Below, one piece after another: positions 16,868-22,960 of a stretch of DNA of 27,229 nucleotides; within the stretch, counting starts at the first letter, position 1, and each line of letters opens with the position of its first letter. Both the position numbers and the translations under genes were made by a program. The notes beneath the pieces were generated by a model. The model saw only the letters and a program-made list of their open reading frames with translations. It was not told where the DNA came from and did no database searches. This DNA comes from a virus. Taxonomy: Duplodnaviria > Caudoviricetes. The stretch covers positions 1 to 27,229 of the IMG/VR virus record IMGVR_UViG_3300013114_000374. The stretch is one strand, 5' to 3'.

Positions 16868-17173
16868 ATGTCTCAATACACTAACCTGATGGTAACAGCT
16901 TTAGAGGCTGGCACTGTCACCGATTACGCTACAGCGTCGGAATACGCCAACGATAATGGCTTGTCGGTTCGTTCGGTCATCGCAAAGGTTAAAAGCCTTG
17001 GTCTTGACTATACGCCAAAAACTCGCGTTGTTGGCGTTAGGGTGGAGAAATCCACAAAGCAAGACACCGTTGTGGCAATTGCCAAAGCGTTGTCGGTTTC
17101 GGTTGATTCGCTTAATGGTTTAGCAAATGCTAAAGCATCGGCACTCGACACTATCCTAGAGCATTTAGGATAA
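16868..17173 (+). CDS. T5 A2/D3-like DNA-binding protein, copy 1
   Basis: SVRSVIAKVKSLGLDY...TKQDTVVAIA...LNGLANAK pattern recalls T5 A2; SD TAAGGA. Confidence 0.65.
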   Translation: MSQYTNLMVTALEAGTVTDYATASEYANDNGLSVRSVIAKVKSLGLDYTPKTRVVGVRVEKSTKQDTVVAIAKALSVSVDSLNGLANAKASALDTILEHLG

Positions 17174-17460
17174 TGTCGGTTTCAACCACCGCCGCAACCC
17201 CTGCTGTAAAAGGCAGGGCAAGCGGTCTAGCTGGCTGGATTGGCATGGTTATGCTACAGGGTAGCACATTGCCAACCCTGTATGATGCCCTGACTGGTGT
17301 TGCTCATCTGCCGCCATTGAGCTTAACTGCTCTAACATGGGCTGGCTTGTCGCTTTACCTATGGAACGCAATAGCACAAAAAAATGTGCTGTATATGGTA
17401 GGCAATACCATAGGCTTAACGCTTAACTCTATTGTCTTGGGATTGATATTAATCGCTTGA
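17173..17460 (+). CDS. SemiSWEET / PQ-loop-like three-helix membrane protein
   Basis: Three hydrophobic helices; LP after TM1, G..LYLW in TM2, GN.IG in TM3. Confidence 0.6.
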   Translation: MSVSTTAATPAVKGRASGLAGWIGMVMLQGSTLPTLYDALTGVAHLPPLSLTALTWAGLSLYLWNAIAQKNVLYMVGNTIGLTLNSIVLGLILIA

Positions 17461-17485
17461 CAATAGGGCGGCGATATGCTCTAAT
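17457..17485 (+). promoter_or_regulatory. Pre-early-type promoter
   Basis: TTGACA-17-TCTAAT; shares GATATGCTCTAATA...ATATTAAC with the 16807 promoter. Confidence 0.75.
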
Positions 17486-17513
17486 AGACTTATATTAACA
17501 AAGGAAAGAAAAA

Positions 17514-18233
17514 ATGATAACACCTAAAAACGTAATAATGGTTTTGGACACTGAAACCGCTGATCTGTCTGGTGACGTTTACGATGTAGGCTATACCATT
17601 GCGGACAAAAACGGAAACATTGTTAAAACCTATAACGCACTGGTTGAGGAAATTTTTACTAATCCTTCTAAAATGATGACCGCTTTTTATGCTAAAAAAC
17701 TGTTTTCCCACTATGCTCCAATGCTTAATGATGGGCTGATTAAGCTGGTTCCATGGGCTGGTATTGTTAAGCAAATGCAAAGCGATATGGCTGAATACGG
17801 CGTAAAAACCATAGCAGCTTATAATGCGGGTTTTGACCTTCGGGTTATGAAGCAAACAAATAAAGCATTAGGCGATGGAACAAACATCAACAAAACTCCT
17901 GTTAAGGTTTTGGATTTATGGCAATTTGCTTGTGAAACTAAGCTTCAACAAAAAACCTATAAGCGATTAGCGCTTGAAAAGGGTTGGGTTTCGCCTGCTG
18001 GCAATATCAAAACCGGAGCCGAATTCGCTTACCGTTACACCAGCGAACAGCATGATTTTGTGGAAGATCACACCGCCCTAAGCGATGCGATTATAGAAAC
18101 TCAAATTATGGCGGCTTGCTATTCTCTCAAGACGAGAATTCCATACGGCGTTATAAATGGCGCACCTTGGCGACTGGTACAGGATGCGATTGTTGAAAAT
18201 GACTCTAACATTCATGGTAATAAGGTAGCTTAA
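17514..18233 (+). CDS. DEDDh 3'-5' exonuclease (DnaQ/RNase T-like)
   Basis: ExoI VLDTETA, ExoII AYNAGFD, ExoIII HTALSDA. Confidence 0.9.
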   Translation: MITPKNVIMVLDTETADLSGDVYDVGYTIADKNGNIVKTYNALVEEIFTNPSKMMTAFYAKKLFSHYAPMLNDGLIKLVPWAGIVKQMQSDMAEYGVKTIAAYNAGFDLRVMKQTNKALGDGTNINKTPVKVLDLWQFACETKLQQKTYKRLALEKGWVSPAGNIKTGAEFAYRYTSEQHDFVEDHTALSDAIIETQIMAACYSLKTRIPYGVINGAPWRLVQDAIVENDSNIHGNKVA

Positions 18234-18234
18234 T

Positions 18235-18753
18235 ATGAACAATAAATTAAAAATCGCGATTGCTCGCGCTAAAATAGCCAGAGCTAAAAAAGCGGAAGCC
18301 AAAAAAGCCAAAGCTAAAAAAGGCCCGACAATCTACGCTGCTGGAAAAATCTGGTATGCTCCAATTTTTCGGGACTTGCGAAAACGGTTTAATATCATTT
18401 CGCGCTGGATTGACTACAGCGATGATCACTGGATTGTCAAAACGCGGAAAGATATTCTCTGGCAACATTGCCTTGAGGATTCTACATCTGCTGACATGAT
18501 GATTATCTGGTCAGGTGATTATGATGATGAGCAGCGCGGTGTATTGGTAGAATTAGGTCAAGCGTTAGCTGCTGGAAAATATGTCTATTTGATAAATTCT
18601 GGCGCGAGCTTTGAGGCGAAAAATGGAAGCGATGCGGCATATGCCCATCACGACCGATTTTTTAAACTCGAAGATTCTAATCCAGAATCTGGATTCCGAC
18701 GCGCGGTAAATCACTGGATCGCTACTACCTACACTGGATGGGCGGCAAAATGA
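18235..18753 (+). CDS. Nucleoside 2-deoxyribosyltransferase / deoxynucleotide N-hydrolase-like protein with Lys/Ala-rich N-terminus
   Basis: IYAAG, CLEDSTSADMMI, GVLVELGQALAAGKYV (catalytic Glu motif). Confidence 0.75.
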   Translation: MNNKLKIAIARAKIARAKKAEAKKAKAKKGPTIYAAGKIWYAPIFRDLRKRFNIISRWIDYSDDHWIVKTRKDILWQHCLEDSTSADMMIIWSGDYDDEQRGVLVELGQALAAGKYVYLINSGASFEAKNGSDAAYAHHDRFFKLEDSNPESGFRRAVNHWIATTYTGWAAK

Positions 18754-19010
18754 CATATGTTTACACTGTAGAAAGAAGGGGGGCGTATCAAGGGGAAAAT
18801 GCTGTTTTTGGAATATTCACCACATATTGGAAAGCTTTTGAGCTTTTCGATAAGCTGGACGCGGGTGAGGAAGAATCGGCGGATGATTGCTTATTGTTAA
18901 GGCAGATTCCCTTGAATACTGAATTACAAGTTAATAGCGACAATGGACTACCTGAAGCGGAAATTTTGTATGCCACAGTCGATACTTGTGAAAATCAGCC
19001 TTATCGTTAA
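18750..19010 (+). CDS. Hypothetical acidic protein
   Basis: ATGA overlap with the upstream stop; VFGIFTT..KA motif common in phage small proteins. Confidence 0.65.
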   Translation: MTYVYTVERRGAYQGENAVFGIFTTYWKAFELFDKLDAGEEESADDCLLLRQIPLNTELQVNSDNGLPEAEILYATVDTCENQPYR

Positions 19011-19021
19011 AGCTGGCCCAG

Positions 19022-19110
19022 GTCAATTTTTTGACACATGAATTTTTTTCATGTGTCAATTTTTTGACGCTTGACTTTTTTTCATGTGTCAATTTTTTGA
19101 CGCTTGACTT
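19022..19110. repeat. 33-bp-period array of GTCAA-TTTT-TTGAC palindromes
   Basis: Copies at 19022, 19055, 19088; nested inverted repeat TTGACACATGAA/TTCATGTGTCAA at 19031-19059. Confidence 0.92.
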
Positions 19111-19114
19111 TTTG

Positions 19115-19136
19115 AAAAAATCGGCGCGCCCGCGCC
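19115..19136 (-). terminator. Putative leftward intrinsic terminator
   Basis: - strand GGCGC-GGGC-GCGCC-GA-T6. Confidence 0.55.
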
Positions 19137-19236
19137 AGTGCAAAAGTCAAGTAGTATTTAAATGATTTCCTGGTCGCGGATAGATTTTTTTCTTATAAGC
19201 ACCCTAGTCTCTTATAGTCAAATGGAATAAGCGCAG

Positions 19237-19368
19237 CGCGCCAATTATACAGTAGTAGTACTATTATGTCAAGAACTTTTTGGTCTTAGCACATAAAAAA
19301 TTTAAGCGGGGTCTCCCCAATTCGCGCCGATTATACAGTAGTAGTACTATTATGTCAAGAACTTTTTG
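19237..19368 (-). promoter_or_regulatory. Duplicated 46-bp unit, each a consensus leftward sigma70 promoter
   Basis: TTGACA-17-TATAAT at 19244-19272 and 19330-19358, identical spacers, GC-rich discriminators. Confidence 0.85.
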
Positions 19369-19415
19369 CACCTCGGGCATTAAAAAGTTTTTTGAGGTCT
19401 ATCACCAAAAAACGC

Positions 19416-19444
19416 TTGACAACGCAAGCTTTATCTCTTATAAT
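19416..19444 (+). promoter_or_regulatory. Sigma70 promoter
   Basis: TTGACA-17-TATAAT, divergent from the 19330 promoter. Confidence 0.85.
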
Positions 19445-19490
19445 AGTTTCAGAAATTAAGAAAACAACCAACAAAAAAAGGAAATAAATT

Positions 19491-19802
19491 ATGTCTAGCT
19501 ATACTGACAGCATGGTCGCTGAAATGACCGCACAGGGCGAATTCAATTACGAATCTGCCAAAATCTTCGCCGAAGCTAACAGCCTGTCTGTTCGATCTGT
19601 TATCTCTAAAGTGAAGAACATGGGACTCCCCTACACCCCTAGGGTTGTAGTAAAGTCAACCGCTGTGCCCCGCATCACCAAGGCGGAAGTTGTTAAAGGT
19701 CTGGCCCGTGAGCTCAATGTTAGTTTTGAGTCCGTCGAAGGCTTGGCTAACGCCCCAATGGCTGATCTGCAGGCACTGGTAGCCGCGATCCGCCAAAGCT
19801 AA
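19491..19802 (+). CDS. T5 A2/D3-like DNA-binding protein, copy 2
   Basis: Clear paralogue of 16868-17173 (LSVRSVI.KVK..GL.YTP, GLANA); own promoter and terminator. Confidence 0.68.
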   Translation: MSSYTDSMVAEMTAQGEFNYESAKIFAEANSLSVRSVISKVKNMGLPYTPRVVVKSTAVPRITKAEVVKGLARELNVSFESVEGLANAPMADLQALVAAIRQS

Positions 19803-19817
19803 GCTCCCCAAAGCTGC

Positions 19818-19843
19818 AAAAACCCCGCTACGGCGGGTTTTTT
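19818..19843. terminator. Bidirectional intrinsic terminator
   Basis: AAAAAC-CCCGC-TACG-GCGGG-TTTTTT. Confidence 0.85.
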
Positions 19844-19888
19844 GTGGGCGGTGCTTTATTTTTATCAAAATGATAGCGCGCGGCGCCA

Positions 19889-19917
19889 ATTATAGTGCCA
19901 AAATGATGCTGTGTCAA
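19889..19917 (-). promoter_or_regulatory. Third leftward consensus promoter with no ORF
   Basis: TTGACA-17-TATAAT with the same flanks (GCGCCA / GAACTTTTTGGTCT) as the 19244 copy. Confidence 0.8.
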
Positions 19918-20167
19918 GAACTTTTTGGTCTCCACGTGCAAATAATTGTCCCCTAGTCTGGTAGGTAGCCTGGGCGGGGTTTTTGCAACTTTTGGCGGGG
20001 TTTGCAGGGTTTGCCGAGGCTTTTTGAAGTTTTTATCAGTTAAGTGCAAATTTTACTTGATTTTTAGCCCCGCGACCGCCCGCCCCGGATGAAATTTGCG
20101 TTATTTTTCAGCTCAAAATGGTAGTTAAAAATCTATGCAACAGTTAGTGTAAATCTGACGAAATTAC

Positions 20168-20196
20168 TTGACAAAACCATCGAAACCCCTTAAAAT
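20168..20196 (+). promoter_or_regulatory. Sigma70 promoter
   Basis: TTGACA-17-TAAAAT. Confidence 0.8.
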
Positions 20197-20232
20197 ATAC
20201 GCATATAAGAAATTAAACCGAGAAAAAAGAAC

Positions 20233-20745
20233 ATGAAATTCACTTACGAAGAAATGGCAAAGGCATCTATAAGTCACAATGAGGTTAATGACTGTATTGT
20301 CAAAGCTGTATCAATCGCATTTGGGATGACCTACGAGGAAGCACACCATGAGTGTAAGATACGTGGTCGCAAGCGGGGTTCAGGGTTGTCGTGGGAAGGC
20401 ATAAAGGACCTCCTCGAACATATGACTTCAGAGTACGGCTTCGATGTCCGTCTCGTCCTGAATGAGGCGATTGAAGAAAAGTTCATGACTGGTCGCGTTA
20501 AATATAGCATAAAGGCGGCGTCCTTACCAGTGACGGAGACTGACAAACCTATCCACTGGGTCCACAACCGGTACATAGGGAACTCTAAGACGATACGCAC
20601 CTTTGCTCGGAACAACCCGAAAGGCACTTACATCGTATTCACACACGCTCACGCTACCGCGATTGTGGATGGTGTTGTACAAGATTGGGCAAGACCTGGT
20701 AGGGGAGATCTAAAGCGTATTTTCGGAGTCGTAGAAATAAAATAA
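20233..20745 (+). CDS. Hypothetical phage protein, possible C39-like cysteine peptidase fold
   Basis: NDCIVKAVSIA...YEEAH and GTYIV...HATAIVDG..QDW give a Cys-His-Asp arrangement. Confidence 0.55.
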   Translation: MKFTYEEMAKASISHNEVNDCIVKAVSIAFGMTYEEAHHECKIRGRKRGSGLSWEGIKDLLEHMTSEYGFDVRLVLNEAIEEKFMTGRVKYSIKAASLPVTETDKPIHWVHNRYIGNSKTIRTFARNNPKGTYIVFTHAHATAIVDGVVQDWARPGRGDLKRIFGVVEIK

Positions 20746-20753
20746 AAAAGTTC

Positions 20754-20782
20754 TTGACATACTCTATCTGATATCAGATAAT
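20754..20782 (+). promoter_or_regulatory. Sigma70 promoter with embedded 16-bp palindrome
   Basis: TTGACA-17-GATAAT; TATCTGATATCAGATA at 20765-20780. Confidence 0.8.
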
Positions 20783-20826
20783 ACTCATGTATTAAAGATT
20801 AACTAAAAGAAGAGAGAAAAAATCTA

Positions 20827-21009
20827 ATGTTTAAACAAGCGAAATTACATACACTTAAAAAAGGCGACGAATTTCGTATCGCTGGAGAATCTGTATGGTA
20901 CAAAGTCCTAAAAGGCTATGACGATGTAGGTTGCTATAGATGTGAGACAGTAAAAGAAGGTTACTACGATGAAATTCCTGGCTCTTATCTTGTAATGGTG
21001 AAAATCTAA
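20827..21009 (+). CDS. Small hypothetical protein (SH3-like beta barrel pattern)
   Basis: LKKGDEFRI...WYKV; purine-rich SD; follows promoter. Confidence 0.65.
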   Translation: MFKQAKLHTLKKGDEFRIAGESVWYKVLKGYDDVGCYRCETVKEGYYDEIPGSYLVMVKI

Positions 21010-21254
21010 TGGGGACTAATCTTAAGCAGGCTAAAATGCGCCCTGATATAGTGATATGCTTTAACAATGTTGAGGAAAAAATTGAAATCCTATTCTGCAC
21101 TACTAAGGAGTTCAAATCCTTGATAAAAGGCTGGAAGGAAGATTTAAGTATTATTGATAGCTGGAAATACAGAAACTATAAAACTGATGAACAAATATTC
21201 AAAGCTTACCACGGCGATGAGGCTGTCTGGGCTTGGATACCGGAGAATTTATGA
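21009..21254 (+). CDS. Hypothetical protein
   Basis: TAATG coupling to the upstream ORF. Confidence 0.6.
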   Translation: MGTNLKQAKMRPDIVICFNNVEEKIEILFCTTKEFKSLIKGWKEDLSIIDSWKYRNYKTDEQIFKAYHGDEAVWAWIPENL

Positions 21255-21337
21255 AAGATAGTGATTATTACATAGTAGAAATGTTAGAAGTAGTTGGAGT
21301 TATATCGGGTATAGTATTTATAGTAGCAATGAGTTAA
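21251..21337 (+). CDS. 28-aa membrane peptide
   Basis: SD GGAG, ATGA overlap; MKDSDYYIVEMLEVVGVISGIVFIVAMS. Confidence 0.55.
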   Translation: MKDSDYYIVEMLEVVGVISGIVFIVAMS

Positions 21338-21342
21338 TAAAT

Positions 21343-21417
21343 AAGGGACTGGTGTAACTAAGAGAACATCTCGGGTGTCCAACTCCGAAGATGGCGGTGC
21401 AAGTCCGTCGTCCCTTA
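21343..21417 (+). tRNA. Atypical tRNA (Trp-CCA-like, 8-nt anticodon loop)
   Basis: Acceptor AAGGGAC/GTCCCTT, D stem GTGT/ACAT, anticodon stem TCGGG/TCCGA with loop TGTCCAAC, T arm GGCGG-TGCAAGT-CCGTC; ends ACC(T). Confidence 0.7.
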
Positions 21418-21438
21418 CCTAATTTTTAAAAAAATTTC

Positions 21439-21467
21439 TTGACAAGTAGGTCAAAAGAGAGTATAAT
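21439..21467 (+). promoter_or_regulatory. Sigma70 promoter for the tmRNA/tRNA operon
   Basis: TTGACA-17-TATAAT with AT-rich upstream element. Confidence 0.88.
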
Positions 21468-21473
21468 ATCTTT

Positions 21474-21747
21474 ATAAAAATTTGAGGAAGCTGAGAATAG
21501 CTGTAATGGACGAGGGTGCGAATCCCTCCAGCTCCACCATAAACACACCTGTAAGGCGTGGTAAGGTTCCCAACGGATTACCGTAGAAGACTACGCAGGG
21601 TGTGTTTTTGATGGGGCTGAATAGTATCGACATGCAGGGAAGGTAAGTGGAGAATTTTTATAACTAAACTTAAACGCAAACGATGACGTTTATTCTTTAG
21701 CTGCATAAGCTAAACGGGGACCGGCCCTCCTTGTTACCCAACGGGCC
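21474..21747 (+). ncRNA. ssrA: Circularly permuted two-piece tmRNA; tag ANDDVYSLAA
   Basis: Acceptor piece ...GGACGAGGGTGCGAATCCCTCCAGCTCCACCA ends 21539; intervening hairpin 21540-21612; coding piece starts GGGGCTGA at 21613; G3:U70 pair; tag ORF 21676-21708; outer boundaries approximate. Confidence 0.93.
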
Positions 21748-21756
21748 TACTTAAAT

Positions 21757-21829
21757 AAGCAATAAAGACATTACGATCAGCTTGGTACTTTCTGCAGAGA
21801 GAACGCCTCCACTGATGTCTTTATTGCTT
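21757..21829. repeat. 17-bp stem hairpin in the tmRNA-tRNA spacer
   Basis: AAGCAATAAAGACATTA / TGATGTCTTTATTGCTT (one G:U). Confidence 0.85.
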
Positions 21830-21844
21830 TCTAAAGAGAATTTC

Positions 21845-21917
21845 GCGGGTGAGTTCAAGGTGAATCGCTGCCCTTCCAAGGCATGCTGATAGAGTTCGAT
21901 TCTCTACATCCGCTCCA
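21845..21917 (+). tRNA. tRNA-Gly (TCC)
   Basis: GCGGGTG/CATCCGC acceptor, U73, encoded CCA, loop CTTCCAA, T loop TTCGATT; short D arm. Confidence 0.9.
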
Positions 21918-22001
21918 GGAAGGGTATGCAAGAGGCTAAAGCTGTCAGACTGTAAATCTGATCCCATGGGTTCGTTGGTTCAAATCCAACCCCTTCCACC
22001 A
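21918..22001 (+). tRNA. tRNA-Tyr (GTA)
   Basis: GGAAGGG/CCCTTCC acceptor, TCAGA-CTGTAAA-TCTGA, long variable arm, encoded CCA. Confidence 0.93.
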
Positions 22002-22006
22002 ATTTT

Positions 22007-22060
22007 TAAAAAAGTTATGTAATATTGGTAGTACAAGTCCAGAATTACATAACTTTTTTA
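22007..22060. repeat. Perfect 17-bp inverted repeat between tRNA-Tyr and tRNA-Asp
   Basis: TAAAAAAGTTATGTAAT / ATTACATAACTTTTTTA, 20-nt loop. Confidence 0.88.
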
Positions 22061-22063
22061 ACT

Positions 22064-22140
22064 GGAGTGGTAGTTCAATAGGCTAGAACGCTGCCCTGTC
22101 ACGGCAGAGGTTGTGGGTTCAAGTCCCATCCATTCCGCCA
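22064..22140 (+). tRNA. tRNA-Asp (GTC)
   Basis: GGAGTGG/CCATTCC acceptor, CTGCC-CTGTCAC-GGCAG, G73, encoded CCA. Confidence 0.95.
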
Positions 22141-22156
22141 ATTTAAGAGTAGGAAA

Positions 22157-22276
22157 ATGAGCGAAAAAGAACAAGCAGAACTCATCAAACTGAGGATGAG
22201 AATGGAAATTATCAGAACAGTAGCCCCTATTGTGGCTCTGATTCTACAAGTAATTATTCTAATAAGGATATTTTAA
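22157..22276 (+). CDS. 39-aa membrane peptide
   Basis: MSEKEQAELIKLRMRMEIIRTVAPIVALILQVIILIRIF; TAATG coupling to the next gene. Confidence 0.6.
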   Translation: MSEKEQAELIKLRMRMEIIRTVAPIVALILQVIILIRIF

Positions 22277-22608
22277 TGAAATATGTGAATGTTTATGAAG
22301 TAAGTAAATGCTATGGTGGCCCAGAAGAAGGGGGTTGGTGGTATAATGCTGGAGAATTAAGAGAATCTTTTGGCCCAATAACCGAAGTAAAAGCAGAGTA
22401 TTTAGCTACAAGTATTCGCGAAGGCGATAAGCCTCGGTGGCAGTATCAAATGGGTTTCAATTCCACAGATGGTTGCGATCCTGATGGAAATGGTGATGAT
22501 AGCTATCTTATGCGTGGCGGTCCTTGGGGTAGAGCAAAGATAAAAGTATATGTTCAAGACAAGCCAGGAATTAAAAGGTTTCCGGAGGAAAGACCTTACT
22601 ATGAGTAG
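22276..22608 (+). CDS. Hypothetical phage protein (YGGPEEGGWWY motif)
   Basis: YGGPEEGGWWY and C-terminal FPEERPYYE; SD TAAGGA. Confidence 0.75.
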   Translation: MKYVNVYEVSKCYGGPEEGGWWYNAGELRESFGPITEVKAEYLATSIREGDKPRWQYQMGFNSTDGCDPDGNGDDSYLMRGGPWGRAKIKVYVQDKPGIKRFPEERPYYE

Positions 22609-22960
22609 AGGTAGTATACAATTAACAGTTCCAGCGGCTAATCATATAAGTAGTTATATGAATAGAGTGAGGGGAGATATATTAGGCATTAAGTTAAAAA
22701 TGACAACTAATGGTTGTTCTGGTTGGATGTATAAAATGGAAGCCTGTTATGAATACCCTGAAAAAGAAGAATCTCTTATTCTTCTAAGTAGAAATATTAA
22801 GTTATTTGTAGACTTAAAAGACTATAAGTATTTACATAATACAACAATAGATTACGTTAGAGAAGGCTTAAACGAAGGATTTAAGTTCGACAATCCTAAT
22901 GTGGAAGCATCATGTGGCTGTGGCGAAAGTTTCAGCTTTAAAAAGGGAGTAACAGTATGA
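22601..22960 (+). CDS. iscA: A-type iron-sulfur cluster carrier (IscA/SufA/HesB family)
   Basis: GCSG, TIDYVREGLNEGFKFDNPN, CGCGESF; ATG 22601 after GGAGG. Confidence 0.95.
   Translation: MSRGSIQLTVPAANHISSYMNRVRGDILGIKLKMTTNGCSGWMYKMEACYEYPEKEESLILLSRNIKLFVDLKDYKYLHNTTIDYVREGLNEGFKFDNPNVEASCGCGESFSFKKGVTV

Noticed and set aside
19022-19368. Repeats as a CRISPR array
   Set aside because: Tandem units without unique spacers, or only two copies; the 46-bp unit is a promoter; no cas genes.
17490-21115. Minus-strand ORFs in the pre-early/early region, including 18931-19143, 19656-19889, 19828-20049
   Set aside because: Antisense shadows or translations of DNA repeats (SVKKLTHEKK) with no convincing SD.
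21540-21612. tmRNA intervening segment as an intron or att site
   Set aside because: The 3'-half-before-5'-half order fits permutation; too short for a group I intron; no integrase.
21343-22140. Stop-codon recoding by a suppressor tRNA
   Set aside because: No CTA/TCA/TTA anticodon, and the long genes are intact under the standard code.
22550-22600. Longer N-terminus of iscA
   Set aside because: Overlaps the previous gene; ATG 22601 has GGAGG and matches family length.
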